Source: the human T2T-CHM13v2.0 reference genome, Homo sapiens. From it: a stretch of DNA of 64,000 nucleotides. Positions 15,901-31,320 of this stretch are shown piece after piece. Each line of letters opens with the position of its first letter. Position 1 is the stretch's first letter. A model generated the notes under the pieces. It did not search any database and had not been told where the DNA came from. It worked only from the letters and a program-made list of their open reading frames with translations. The position numbers were made by a program, and so were the translations under genes. Location of the stretch: assembly GCF_009914755.1 (NCBI RefSeq), contig NC_060933.1. The stretch is one strand, 5' to 3'.

Positions 15901-18900
15901 CGAATGTAATGGAATGGATAGGAACGGAATAGAATTGAATGGAATGGAATGGAATGCAATGGAATGGAATCAACCCGAGTACAATGGAATGAAATGGAAT
16001 GGAATGGAATGGAATGGAATGGAATGGAATGGAATGGAACGGAATGGAACGGAACGGAATGGAATGGAATGGAATGGAATGGAATGGAATGGAACGGAAA
16101 GGAATGGAATGGAATGGAATGGAATCAACGCGAGTACAGGGCAATGGAATGGAATGGAATGCAATGGAATGGAATGGAATGCAATGGAATGGAATCTTCC
16201 GGAATGGAATGGAATGGAATGGAATGGAATGGAATGGAATGGAATCAACCCGAGTGCAATGGAAAGGAGTGGAATGGAATGGAATGGAAAAACCCGAATG
16301 GAATGGAATGTAATGGAGAGTAAGGGAGTTGAATAGAATCAATCCGAATGTAAAGGAATGGAATGGAACGGAATGGAATGGAATGCAATGGAATGGAATC
16401 AACCCGAGTACAATGGAATGGAATGGAATGGAATGGAATGGAATGGAATGGAATAGAATGAAATGGAATCAATCCGAGTGCAATGGAATAGAGAGGAATG
16501 GAATGGAAAGGAATGGAAACTACCCGAATGGAATGGAATGTAATGGAGTGTAAGGGAATTGAATAGAATCAATCCGAATGGAATGGAATGGAATGGAATG
16601 GAACGGAATGTAATGTAATGTAATGGAATGGAATCAACCCGAGTGCAGGGGAAACGAATGGAATGGAATGCAATGGAATGCAATGGAATGGAATGGAATG
16701 GAATCAACTCGATTGCAATCGAATGGAATGGAATGGAATTAACCCGAATAGAAAGGAATGGAATGGAATGGAACGGAACGGAATGGAATGGAATGGAATG
16801 GAATGGAATGGAATGGAATGGAATGGAATGGAACGGAAAGGAATGGAATGGAATGCAATGGAAAGGAATGGAATGGAATGTAATGTAATGGAATGGAATG
16901 GAATCAACGCGAGTGCAGGGGAATGGAATGGAATCGAATTTAATGGAATGGAATGGAATGGAATCAACCCGACTGTAGGGGAATGTAATGGAACTGAATG
17001 CAATGGAATGGAATCATCCGGAATGGAATGGAATGGAATGGAATGGAATGGAATCAACCCAAGTACAGGGGAATGGAATGGAATGCAATGCAATGGAATG
17101 GAATCATCCGTAATGGAATGGAAATGAATGGAATGGAAAGGAATGGAATGGAATGGAATGGAATGGAATGGAATGGAATGGAATGGAATGGAATCAACTC
17201 GATTGCAATCGAATGGAATGGAATGGAATTAACCCGAATAGAATGGAATGGAATGGAATGGAACGGAACGGAATGGAATGGAATGGAATGGAATGGAATG
17301 GAATGGAATGGAACCGAACGGAACGGAATGGAATGGAATGGAATCAACGCGAGTGCAGGGGAATGGAATGGAATGGAATGCAATGGAATGGAATCTTCCG
17401 GAATGGAATGGAATGGAATGGAATGCAATGGATTCAACTCGATTGCAATGGTATGGAGTAGAATGGAATGGAATGGAATGGAATGGAATGGAATGGAATT
17501 AACCCGAATAGAATGGAATGGAATGGAACGGAATGGAACGGAACGGAACGGAACGGAATGGAATGGAATGGAATGGAATGGAATGGAATGGAATGGTATG
17601 GAATGGAATGGAATGGAATGGAGTCAACGCGAGTGCAGGGGAATGTAATGGAACGGAATGCAATGGAATGGAATCATCCGGAATGGAATGGAATGGAATG
17701 GAATGGAATGGAATGGAATGGAATGGAATAAACCCGAGTGCAATGGAATGGAGTGGAATGGAATGGAATGGAATGGAACAACCCGAATGGAATGGAATGT
17801 AATGGAGAGTAAGGGAGTTGAATAGAATCAATCCGAATGTAATGGAATGGAACGGAATGGAATGGAATGGAATGGAATGGAATGGTATGGAATGCAAAGG
17901 AATGGAATCAACCCGAGTACAATGGAATGGAATGGAATGGAATGGAATGGAATGGAATGGAATGGAATGGAATGGAATCCACCCGAGTGCAATGGAATGG
18001 AGAGGAATGGAATGGAATGGAATGGAAACTACCCGAATGGAATGGAATGTAATGGAGTGTAAGGGAATTGAATAGAATCAATCCGAATGGAACGGAATGG
18101 AATGGAACGGAATGTAATGTAATGGAATGGAATGGAATCAACCCGAGTGCAGGGGAATGGAATGGAATGGAATGCAATGGAATGGAATCATCCGGAATGG
18201 AATGTAATGGAATGCAATGGAATGGAATGGAATGGAATCAACCCGAGTGCAATGCAATGGAGTGAAATGGAATGGAATGGAATCGAATGGAAACACCCAG
18301 AATGGATTGGAATATAATGGAGTGTAAGGGAATTGAATAGAATCAATCTGAATGTAATGAAATGGAATGGAACGGAATGGAATGCAATGGAATGGAATGG
18401 AATGGAATGGAATGCAATGGAATGGAATCAACCCGAGTACAGGGGAATGGAATGGAATGGAATGCAATGGAATGGAATCATCCGTAATGGAATGGAAAGC
18501 AATGGAATTGAATGGAATGGAATGGAATGGAATGGAATGGAATGGAATGGAATGGAATGGAATCAACTCGATTGCAATCGAATGGAATGGAATGGAATTA
18601 ACCCGAATAGAATGGAATGGAATGGAATGGAATGGAACGGAAAGGAATGGAATGGAACGGAATGGAATGGAATGGAATGGAACGGAACGGAATGGAATGG
18701 AATGGAATTGAATGGAATGGAATGGAATCAACCCAACTGCAGGGGAATGGAATGGAATGGAATGCAATGGAATGGAATCATGCGGAACGGAATGCAATGG
18801 AATGGAATGGAATCAACACGAGTGCAATGGAATGGAGTGGAATGGAATGGAATGGAATGGAATGGAACTACCCGAATGGAATGGAATGTAATGGAGAGTA

Positions 18901-21340
18901 AGGGAGTTGAATAGAATCAATCCGAATGTAATGGAAAGGAATGGAAAGGAATGGAATGGAATGGAATGGAATGCAATGGAATGGAATCAAACCGAGTACA
19001 ATGGATTGGAATGGAATGGAATGGAATGGAATGGAATCAACACGAGTGCAATGGAATGGAGTGGAATGGAATGGAATGGAATGGAACAACGCGAATGGAA
19101 TGGAATGTAATGGAGAGTAAGGGAGTTGAATAGAAACAATCCGAATGTAATGGAATGGCACGGAATGGAATGGAATGGAATGGAATGGAATGGAATGGAA
19201 TGCAATGGAAGGGAATCAACCCGAGTACAATGGAATGGAATGGAATGGAATGGAATGGAAAGAATGGAATGGAATCAACCCGAGTGCAATGGAATGGAGA
19301 GGAATGGAATGGAATGGAATGGAAACTACCCGAATGGAATGGAATGTAATGGAGTGTAAGGGAATTGAATAGAATCAATCCAAATGGAATGGAATGGAAT
19401 GGAACGGAATGTAAAGAATGGAATGGAATGGAATCAACGCGAGTGCAGGGGAATGGAATGGAATGGAATGCAATGGAATGGAATCATCCGGAATGGAATG
19501 GAATGGAATGCAATGGAATGGAATGGAATGGAATCAACCCGAGTGCAATGGAATGGAGTGAAATGGAATGGAATGGAATGGAAACAACCAGAATGGATTG
19601 GAATATAATGGAGTGTAAGTGAATTGAATAGAATCAATCTGAATGTAATGAAATGGAATGGAACGGAATGGAATGGAATGGAATGGAATGGAATGGAATG
19701 GAATTAACCGGAATAGAATGGAATGCAATGGAATGGAACGGAATGGAATGGAATGGAAGGTAATGGAATCAACACGAGTGCAGCGGAATGGAATGGAAAG
19801 GAATGCAATGGAATGGAATCATCCGGAATGCAATGGAATGGAATGGAATGGAATGGAATGGAATGGAATGGAATCAACCCGAGTGCAATGGAATGGAGTG
19901 GAATGGAATGGAATGGAATGGAACAACCCGAATGGAATGGAATGTAATGGAGAGTAAGGGAGTTGAATAGAATCAATCAGAATGTAATGGAATGGAATGG
20001 AACGGAATGGAATGGAATGGAATGGAATGGAATGGAATGGAATGCAATGGAATGGAATCAACCCGAGTACAATGGAACGGAATGGAATGGAATGTAGTGG
20101 AATGGAATGGAATGGAATGGAATGGAATGGAATCAACCCGAGTGCAATGGAATGGAGAGGAATGGAATGGAATGGAATGGAAACTACCCGAATGGAATGG
20201 AATGTAATGGAGCGTAAGGGAATTGAATAGAATCAATCCGAATGGAATGGAATGGAATGGAACGGAATGTAATGGAATGGAATGGAATGGAATCAACCCG
20301 AGTGCAGACGAATGGAATGGAATGGAATGCAATGGAATGGAATCATCCGGAATGGAATGGAATGGAATGCAATGGAGTAGAATGGAATGGAATCAACCCG
20401 AGTGCAATGGAATGGAGTGAAATGGAATGGAATGGAATGGAAACAACCAGAATGGATTGGAATATAACGGAGTGTAAGGGAATTGAATAGAATCAATCTG
20501 AATGTAATGGAATGGAATGGAACGGAATGGAATGGAATGGAATGGAATGCAATGGAATGGAATGCAATGGAATGGAATCAACCCGAGTGCAATCGAATGG
20601 AATCGAATGGAATGGAATGCAATGGAATGGATTCAACTTGAATGGAATGGAAAGAATGGAATCAACACGAGTGGAAGGGCATGGATTGGAATGCAATGGA
20701 ATGGAATCAACTCGAGTACAGGGGAATGGAACGGAATGGAATGCAATGGAATGGAATCATCCGTAATGGAATGGAAAGGAATGAAATGGAATGGAATGGA
20801 ATGGAATGGATTGGAATGGAATGGAATCAACACGATTGCAATCGAATGGAATGGAATGGAATTAACCCGAATAGAATGGAATGGAATGGAATGGAACGGA
20901 ACGGAATGGAATGGAATGGAATGGAATGGAATGGAATGGAACGGAACGGAAGGGAATGGAATGGAATGGAATGGAATGGAATGGAATGGAATGGAATGGA
21001 ATGGAATCAACGCGAGTGCAGGGGAATGGCATGGAATGGAATACAATGGAATGGAATCTTCCAGAATGGAATGGAATGGAATGGAATGGAATGGAATGAA
21101 ATGCAATGGATTCAACACGATTGCAATGGAATGGAATAGAATGGAATGGAATGGAATGGAATGGGATTAAACCGAATAGAATGGAATGGAATGGAATGGA
21201 ATGGAACGGAATGCAACGGAATGGAATGGAATGGAATGGAATGGAATGGAATGGAATGGTATGGAATGGAATGGAATGGTACGGAATAGAATGGAATGGA
21301 ACGAATTTTAATGGAATGGAATTGAATGGAATGGAATGGA

Positions 21341-21425
21341 ATCAACGCGAGTGCAGGGGAATGTAATGGAATGGAATGGAATGGAATGGAATGGAATCAA
21401 CGCGAGTGCAGGGGAATGTAATGGA
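21341..21425 (+). repeat. 55-bp-period duplication of ATCAACGCGAGTGCAGGGGAATGTAATGG
   Basis: Identical word at 21341 and 21396, separated only by pentamers. Confidence 0.85.
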
Positions 21426-24400
21426 ACGGAATGCAATGGAATGGAATCATCCGGAATGGAATGGAATGGAATGGAATGGAATGGAATCAACCCGAGTGCA
21501 ATGGAATGGAGTGGAATGGAATGGAATGGAATGGAACAACCCGAATGGAATGGAATGTAATGGAGAGTAAGGGAGTTGAATAGAATCAATCCGAATGTAA
21601 TGGAATGCAATGCAACGGAATGGAATGGAATGGAATGGAATGGAATGGAATGGAATGGAATGCAAAGGAATGGAATCAACCCGAGTGGAATGGCATGGAA
21701 TGGAATGCAATGGATTGGAATGGAATGGAATCAACTCGAGTGGAAAGGAATGGAATGGAATGGAAAGGAATGGAATGAAGTCAACTCGAGTGGAATGGAA
21801 TGGAATGGAATGGATTGGAATGGATTGCAATGGAATGAAATGGAATGGAATGGAATGGAATCAATCATGGAAGGGAATGTAATGGAGTGGAAAGAAGGGA
21901 ATGGAATCAACCCGAGTGGAATGCAAGGCAATGGAATGGAATGGAAAGGAATGGAATGGAATCAACTCGATTGCAATGGAATGGAATGGAATGGAATGGA
22001 ATGGAATGGAATGGAATGGAATGGAATTAACCGGAATAGAATGGAATGGAATGGAATGGAACGGAATGGAATGGAATGGAAGGGAATGGAATCAACACGA
22101 GTGCAGGGGAATGGAATGGAATGGAATGCAATGGAATGGAATCATCCGGAATGGAATGGAATGGAATGGAATCAACTCCATTGCAATGGAATGGAATGGA
22201 ATGGAATGGAATAAAATGGAATGGAATTAACCCGAATAGAATGGAATGCAATAGAATGGAATGCAACGGAACCGTATGGAGTGGAATGGAATGGAATGAA
22301 ATCAACCCGAGTACAGGGGAATTGAATGGAATGGAATGCAATGGAATGGAGTCATCCGTAGTGGAATGGAAAGGAATGGAATGGAATGGAATGGAATGGA
22401 ATGGAATCAACTCAATGGCAATCGAATGGAATGGAATGGAATTAACCCGAATAGAATGGAATGGAATGGAACGGAACGGAATGGAATGGAATGGAACGGA
22501 ACGGAATTGAATGGAATGGAATGGAATGGAATCAACGCGAGTGTAAGGGAATGGAATGGAATGGAATGCAATGGAATGGAATCTTCCGGAATGGAATGGA
22601 ATGGAATGAAAGGCAATGGATTCAACTCGATTGCAATGGAATGGAATAGAATGGAATGGAATGGAATGGAATTTAATGGAATTGAATGGAATGGAATGCC
22701 TTCAAACCGAATGGAATGGAAAGAATGGAATCAACACTAGTGGAAACGAATGGAATGGAAAGGAATGGAATGGAATGGAATGGTACGGAATAGAACGGAA
22801 TGGAACGAACTGGAATGGAATGGAATGGAATGGAATGGAATGGAATGGAATGGAATCGTTCCGAGTGGAATAGGAGGGAATGTATTCAAGTGGTATGGAA
22901 AGGAATGGAATCAACCAGAGTGGAATGGAAGGGAATGGAATGGAATGGAAACTAATAGAATGGAATCAACCCGAGTGGAATGGAATGGAAAGGACTGGAA
23001 TGGAATGGAATGGAATGGAATGGAATGGAATGGAATGGAATTAACCCGAATACAATGGAATGGAATGGAATGGAACGGAATGGAGTGGAATGGAATGGAA
23101 TCAACCCGAGTGCATGGGAATGGAATGGAAAGGAATGCAATGGAATGGAATCATCCGGAATGGAATGGAATGGAATGGAATGCAAAGCAATGGAATCAAC
23201 ACGATTGCAATGGAATGGAATGGAATGGAAAGGAATAGAATGGAATCAACCCGAGTGTAATGGAATGGAAAGGACTGGAATGGAGTGGAATGGAATGGAA
23301 TGGAATGGAATGGAATCAACTCGATTGGAATGGAATGGAATGGAATGGAATGGAATGGAATTAACCCGAATAGAATGGAATGGAATGGAATGGAACGGAA
23401 TGGAATGGAATGGAATGGAATGGAATCAACCCGACTGCAGGGGAATGGAATGAAATGGAATGGAATGGAATGGAATCATCCGGAACGGAATGGAATGGAA
23501 TGGAATGGAATCAACTCGATTGCAATGGAATGGAATGGAATGGAATGGAATAAAATGGAATGGAATGGAATTAACCGGAATAGAATGGAATGGAATGGAA
23601 TGGAACGGAATGGAATGGAATGGAATGGAATGGAATTTAATGGAATGGAATGGAATCAACCCGAGTGCAGGGGAATGGAATGGAATGGAATGCAATGGAA
23701 TGGAATCATCCGGAATGGAATGGAATGGAATGGAATGCAATCAACCTGATGCAATGGAATGGAGTGGAATGGAATGGAATGGAATGGAAACATCCCGAAT
23801 GTAATGGAATGTAATGGAGTGTAAGGGAATTGAATAGAATCAATCCGAATGTAATGGAATGGAATGGAATGAAATGGAAAGGAATGGAATGGAATGGAAT
23901 GGAATCAACCCGAGTGCAATGGAATGGATTCGAATGGAATGGAATGGAATGGAATGGATTCAACAAGAGTGGAATGGAAAGGAATGGAATCAACCCGAGT
24001 GTAATGGCATGGAATGGAACGGAATGGAATGGGATGGAATGGAATGGTAAGGAATAGAATGGAATGGAATGATATGGAATGGAATGGAATGGAATGGAAT
24101 GGAATGGAATGGAATGAACCCGTGTGCAATGGAATGGAATGGAATGGAATGGAATGGATTCAACTCGATTTCAATGGAATGGAATGGAATAGAATGGAAT
24201 GGAATTAACACGAAAGAATGGAATGGAATGGAATGGAATGGAATGGAAAAGAAAGGAATGGAAAGGAATGGAATGGAATCAACCCAAGTGCAGGGGAATG
24301 GAATGCAATGGAATTCAATGGAATGGAATCATCCGGAATGGAATGGAATGGAATGGAATGGAATGGAATGGAATGGAATGGAATGGAATCAACCCGAGTG

Positions 24401-26235
24401 CAATGGAATGGAGAGGAATGGAAAGGAATGGAATGGAAACTACACGAATGGAATGGAATGTAATGGAGTGTAAGGGAATTGAATAGAATGAATCCGAATG
24501 GAATGGAATGGAATGGAATGGAATGCAATGGAAAGGAATGGAATGGAATGGAATGGAATGGAATGGAATCAACTCGATTGCAGTCGAATGGAATTGAATG
24601 GAATTAACCCGAATAGAAAGGAATGGAATGGAATGGAACGGAACGGAACGGAACGGAACGGAATGGAATGGAATGGAATGGAATGGAATGGAATGGAACG
24701 GAAAGGAATGGAATGGAATGGAATGGAAAGGAATGGAATGGAATGGAATGGAATCAACGCGAGTGCAGGGGAATGGAATGGAATGGAATGCAATGGAATG
24801 GAATCTTCCGGAATGGAATGGAATGGAATGGAATGGAATGGAATGGAATGGAATAAACCCGAGTGCAATGGAATGGAGTGGAATGGAATGGAATGGAATG
24901 GAACAACCCGAATGGAATGGAATGTAATGGAGAGTAAGGGAGTTGAATAGAATCAATCCGAATGTAATGGAATGGAATGGAAAGGAATCGAGTTGAATAG
25001 AATGGAATGGAATGCAATGGAATGGAATCAACCCGAGTGCAATGGAATGGAGAGGAATGGAATGGAATGGAATGGAAACTACCCGAATGGAATGGAATGG
25101 AATGGAGTGTAAGGGAATTGAATAGAATCAATCCGAATGTAATGGAATGGAATGGAACGGAACGGAATGGAATGGAATGGAATGGAATGGAATGGAATGG
25201 AATGCAATGGAATGGAATCAACCCGAGTGCAATCGAATGGAATCGAATGGAATGGAATGCAATGGAATGGATTCAACTTGAATGGAATGGAAAGAATGGA
25301 ATCAACACGAGTGGAAGGGCATGGATTGGAATGCAATGGAATGGAATCAACCTGAGTACAGGGGAATGGAATGGAACGGAATGCAATGGAATGGAATCAT
25401 CCGTAATGGAATGGAAAGGAATGGAATGGAATGGAATGGAATGGAATGGAATGGAATGGAATGGAATCAACTCGATTGCAATCGAATGGAATGGAATGGA
25501 ATTAACCCAAATAGAATGGAATGGAATGGAATGGAACGGAACGGAATGGAATGGAATGGAATGGAATGGAATGGAATGGAATGGAACGGAACGGAATGGA
25601 ATGGAATGGAATGGAATGGAATGGAATCAACGCGAGTGCAGGGGAATGGAATGGAATGGAATGCAATGGAATGGAATCTTCCGGAATGGAATGGAATGGA
25701 ATGGAATGGAATGGAATGGAATCAACCCGAGTGCAATGGAATGGAGTGGAATGGAATGGAATGGAATGGAACAACCCGAATGGAATGGAATGTAATGGAG
25801 AGTAAGGGAGTTGAATAGAATCAATCCGAATGTAATGGAATGGAATGGAACGGAATGGAATTGAATGGAATGGAATGGAATGCAATGGAATGGAATCAAC
25901 CCGAGTTCAATGGAATGGAGAGGAATGGAATGGAATGGAATGGAAATTACCCGAATGGAATGTAATGTAATGGAGTGTAAGGGAATTGAATAGAATCAAT
26001 CCGAATGTAATGGAATGGAATAGAACGGAATGTAATGGAATGGAATGGAATGGAATGGAATGGAATGGAATGCAATGGAATGGAATCACCCCGAGTGCAA
26101 TCGAATGGAATCGAATGGAATGGAATGCAATGGAATGGATTCAACTTGAATGGAATGGAAAGAATGGAATCAACACGAGTGGAATGGCATGGATTGGAAT
26201 GGAATGGAATGGAATCAACCCGAGTACAGGGGAAT

Positions 26236-29200
26236 GGAATGGAATGGAATGCAATGGAATGGAATCATCCGTAATGGAATGGAAAGGAATGGAATGGAAT
26301 GGAATGGAATGGAATGGAATGGAATGGAATCAACCCGAGTGCAGGGGAATGGAATGGAATGCAATGCAATGGAATGGAATGGAATGGAATGGAGTGGAAT
26401 GGAATGGAATCAACCCGAGTGCAGGGGAATGGAATGGAATGGAATGCAATGGAATGGAATCATCCGGAATGGAATGGAATGGAATGGAATGCAAAGCAAT
26501 GGAATCAACTCGATTGCAATGGAATGGAATGGAATGGAAAGGAATACATTGGAATCAACCCGAGTGGAATGGAATGGAAAGGACTGGAATGGAGTGGAAT
26601 GGAATGGAATGCAATTTAATGGAATGGAATGGAGTCAACTTGATTGGAATGGAATGGAATGGAATGGAATGGAATGGAATGGAATGGAATCAACCCGACT
26701 GCAGGGGAATGGAATGCAATGGAATGCAATGGAATGGATTCAACTTGAATGGAATGAAAAGAATGGAATCAACACGAGTGGAATGGCATGGATTGGAATG
26801 GAATGGAATGGAATCAACCCGAGTACAGGGGAATGGAATGGAACGGAATGCAATGGAATGGAATCATCCGTAATGGAATGGAAAGGAATGGAATGGAATG
26901 GAATGGAATGGAATGGAATGGAATGGAATCAACTCGATTGCAATCGAATGGAGTGGAATGGAATTAACCCGAATAGAATGGAATGGAATGGAATGGAACG
27001 GAACGGAATGGAATGGAATGGAATGGAATGGAATGGAACGGAACGGAATGGAATGGAATGGAATGGAATGGAATGGAATGGAATCAACGCGAGTGCAGGG
27101 GAATGGAATGGAATGGAATGAAATGGAATGGAATCTTCCGGAATGGAATGGAATTGAATGGAATGGAATGGAATGGTATGGAATAAACCCGAGTGTAATG
27201 GAATGGAGTGGAATGGAATGGAATGGAATGGAACAACCCGAATGGAATGGAATGTAATGGAGACTAAGGGAGTTGAATAGAATCAATCCAAATGTAATGG
27301 AATGGAATGGAACGGAATGGAATTGAAAGGAATGGAATGGAATGCAATGGAATGGAAACTTCCGGAATGGAATGGAATGGAATGGAATGGAATGAAATGC
27401 AATGGATTCAACTCGATTGCAATGGAATGGAATAGAACTGAATGGAATGGAATGGAATGGAACTAATCCGAATAGAATGGAATGGAATGGAATGGGAATA
27501 ACCTGAATAGAATGGAATGGAATGGAATGGAACGGAATGGAACGGAATGGAATGGAATGCAATGGAATGGAATGGAACGGAATGGAATGGTATGGAATGG
27601 AATGGAATGGTACGGAATAGAATGGAATGGAACGAATTGTAATGGAATGGAATTGAATGGAATGGAATGGAATGGAATGGAATCAACGTGAGCGCAGGGG
27701 AATGTAATGGAACGGAATGCAATGGAATGGAATAATCCGGAATGGAATGGAATGGAATGGAATGGAATGGAATGGAATGGAACAACCCGAATGGAATGGA
27801 ATATAATGGAGAGTAAGGGAGTTGAATAGAATCAATCGGAATGTAACGGAATGGAATGCAACGGAATGGAATGGAATGGAATGGAATGGAATGGAATGGA
27901 ATGGAATGCAAAGGAATGGAATCAACCCGAGTGGAATGGCATGGAATGGAATGCAATGGAATGGAATGGAATGGTATCAACTCGAGTAGAAAGGAATGGA
28001 ATGGAATGGAAAGTAATGGAATGAAATCAACTCGAGTGGAATGGAATGGAATGGATTGGAATGAATTGCAATGGAATGAAATGGAATGGAATGGAATGGA
28101 ATCAATGATTCCGAGTGGAATGGAAGGGAATGTAAAGGAGTGGAAAGAAGGGAATGGAATCAACCCGATTGGAATGCAAGGCAATGGAATGGAATGGAAA
28201 GGAATGGAATGGAATCAACTCGATTGCAATGGAATGGAATGGAATGGAATGGAATGGAATGGAATGGAATGGAATTAACCGGAATAGAATGGAATGCAAT
28301 GGAATGGAACGGAATGGAATGGAATAGAAGGTAATGGAATCAACACGAGTGCAGGGGAATGGAATGGAATGGAATGCAATGGAATGGAATGGAATCATCC
28401 GGAATGGAATGGAATGGAATGGAATCAACTCCATTGCAATGGAATGGAATGGAATGGAATGGAATATAATGGAATGGAATTAACCCGAATAGAATGGAAT
28501 GCAATAGAATGGAATGGAACGGAACCGAATGGAGTGGAATGGAATGGAATGGAATCAACCTGAGTGCAGGGGAATGGAATGGAATGGAATGCAATGGAAT
28601 GGAATCATCTGGAAAGGAATGGAATGGAATGGAATGGAATGGAATCAAACCAAGTGCAATGGAATGGAGTGAAATGGATTGGAATGGAATGGAAACAACC
28701 AGAATGGATGGGAATATAATGGAGTGTTAGGGAATTGAATAGAATCAATCTGAATGTAATGAAATGGAATGGAACGGAATGGAATGGAATGGAATGGAAT
28801 CGAATGGAATGGAATGGAATGGAATCAACCGGAGTGGAATGGCATGGAATGGAATGCAATGGAATGGAATGGAATGGAATGGAATAGTTCGAAATAGAAT
28901 GGGTTGCAACAAAATGGAATGGAATGGAATGGAATGGAATGGAATCAAGTCGATTGCAGTGGAATAGAATGGAATGGAATGGAACGGATTGGAATGGAAT
29001 GGAATGGAATGGAATTAAATGGAATGGAAAGGAATGGAATCAACCCGAGTGTAGGGGAAAGGAATGGAATGGATTGCAATGGAATGGAATGGAATGGAAT
29101 GGAATGGAATGGAATGGAATCCACCCGAGTGGAATGGCATGGAATGGAATGCAAAGGAATGGAATGGAATGGAATCAACTCGAGTGGAAAGGAATGGAAT

Positions 29201-30832
29201 GGAATGGAAAGGAATGCAATGAAGTCAACTCGAGTGGAATGGAATATAATGGAATGGATTGGAATGGATTGCAATGGAATGAAATGGAATGGAATGGAAT
29301 GGAATCAATCATTCCAAGTGGAATGGAAGGGAATGTAATGGAGTGGAAAGAAGGGAATGGAATCAACCCGAGTGGAATGCAAGGCAATGGAATGGAATGG
29401 AAACGAATGGAATGGAATAAACTCGATTGCAATCGAATGGAATGGAATGGAATGGAATGGAAAGGAATGGAATGGAATGAAATGGGATGGAATGGAATGC
29501 AATGGAATGGAATCAACCTGAGTGCAATCGAATGGAATCGAATGGAATGGAATGCAATGGAATGGATTCAAATTGAATGGAATGGAAAGAATGGAATCAA
29601 CACGAGTGGAATGGCATGGATTGGAATGGAATGGAATGGAATCAACCCGAGTACAGGGGAATGGAATGGAATGGAATGCAATGGAATGGAATCATCCGTA
29701 ATGGAAAGGAAAGGAATGGAATGGAATGGAATGGAATGGAATGGAATGGAATGGAATCAACTCGATTGCAATCGAATGGAATGGAATGGAATTAACCCGA
29801 ATAGAATGGAATGGAATGGAATGGAACGGAACGGAACGGAATGGAATGGAATGGAATGGAATGGAACAGAAAGGAATGGAATGGAATGGAATGGAATGGA
29901 ATGGAATCAACGCGAGTGCAGGGGAATAGAATGTAATGGAATGTAATGGAATGGAATCTTCCGGAATGGAATGGAATGGAATGGAATCAACCCGAGTGCA
30001 ATGGAATGGAGTGGAATGGAATGGAATGGAATGGAACAACCTGAATGGAATCGAATGTAATGGAGAGTAAGGGAGTTGAATAGAATCAATCCGAATGTAA
30101 TGGAATGGAATGGAACGGAATGGAATTGAATGGAATGGAATGGAATGCAATGGAATGGAATCAACCCGAGTGCAATGGAATGGAGAGGAAGGGAATGGAA
30201 TGGAGTGGAAACTACCCGAATGGAATGGAATGTAATGGAGTGTAAGGGAATTGAATAGAATCAATCCGAATGTAATGGAATGGAATGGAACGGAATGGAA
30301 TGGAATGGAATGGAATGGAAAGAAGGGAATGGAATCAACCCGACTTGATTCCATTGCTTTGCATTCCGTTCCATTCCATTCCTTTTCATTGTATTCGGGT
30401 TAATTCCATTGCATTCCATTCCATTCCTTTCCATTCCATTCCATTCCATTACAATGGAGTTGATTCCATTCCATTCCATTCCATTCCATTCCATTCCAGT
30501 CCTTTCCATTCCATTCCACTCGGGTTGATTCCATTCTATTAGTTTCCATTCCATTCCATTCCCTTCCATTCCACTCTGGTTGATTCCATTCCTTTCCATT
30601 TCACTCGAATACATTCCCTCCTATTCCACTCGGAACGATTCCATTCCATTCCATTCCATTCCATTCCATTCCATTCCATTTCGTTCCATTCCATTCTATT
30701 CCATACCATTCCATTCCATTCCATTCCATTCCATTCCATTCCTTTCCACTCGTGTTGATTACATTCCTTTCCATTGCATTCAGTTTGAAGGCATTCCATT
30801 CCATTCCATTCCATTCCATTCCATTCCATTCC
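26236..30832 (+). repeat. Left arm of near-identical inverted duplication (partner 59404-64000)
   Basis: Mirror ORF pairs have a constant coordinate sum of 90241 (27482/62759, 27856/62385, 28924/61317, 29692/60549, 30354/59887) and 90236 at the ends. Rare words are shared, e.g. GGGTTGCAACAAAATGG, GGAGTGTTAGGG, TGAAAAGGAATGG. Confidence 0.95.
30328..30355. other. Strand-switch junction J1 (GGAAT to CATTC)
   Basis: AATGGAATCAA-CCCGAC-TTGATTCCATT: 11-bp perfect inverted arms around a 6-nt centre, with no foreign sequence. Confidence 0.97.
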
Positions 30833-31090
30833 GGATGATTCCATTCCATTGCATTCCGTTCCATTACATTCCCCTGCACTCGCGTTGATTCCATTCCATT
30901 CCATTCAATTCCATTCAATTCCATTGCATTACAATTCGTTCCATTCCATTCTATTCCGTACCATTCCATTCCATTCCATACAATTCCATTCCATTCCATT
31001 CCATTCCATTCCATTCCATTCCGTTCCATTCCGTTCCATTCCATTCCATTCCATTCTATTCGGGTTAATTCCATTCCATTCCATTCCATT

Positions 31091-31320
31091 CCATTCTATT
31101 CCATTCCATTGCAATCGAGTTGAATCCATTGCATTTCATTCCATTCCATTCCATTCCATTCCATTCCGGAAGATTCCATTCCATTGCATTCCATTCCATT
31201 CCATTCCATTCTATTCCATTCCATTGCAATCGAGTTGAATCCATTGCATTTCATTCCATTCCATTCCATTCCATTCCATTCCGGAAGATTCCATTCCATT
31301 GCATTCCATTCCATTCCATT
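31091..31320 (-). repeat. 115-bp tandem duplication
   Basis: GCAATCGAGTTGAATCC at 31111 and 31226; CCGGAAGATT at 31166 and 31281. Confidence 0.88.

Larger units (their letters stand above)
1..30341 (+). repeat. Satellite III (HSat3)-type array, GGAAT-strand block 1
   Basis: Continuous GGAAT pentamers interrupted by recurrent words (CAACCCGAGT, CAACTCGATT, TTAACCCGAATAG, CAACGCGAGTGCAGGGG, CATCCGG/CTTCCGG). CAACCCGAGT interspersed in GGAAT is the classical Satellite III signature. The block runs off the window start. Confidence 0.95.
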
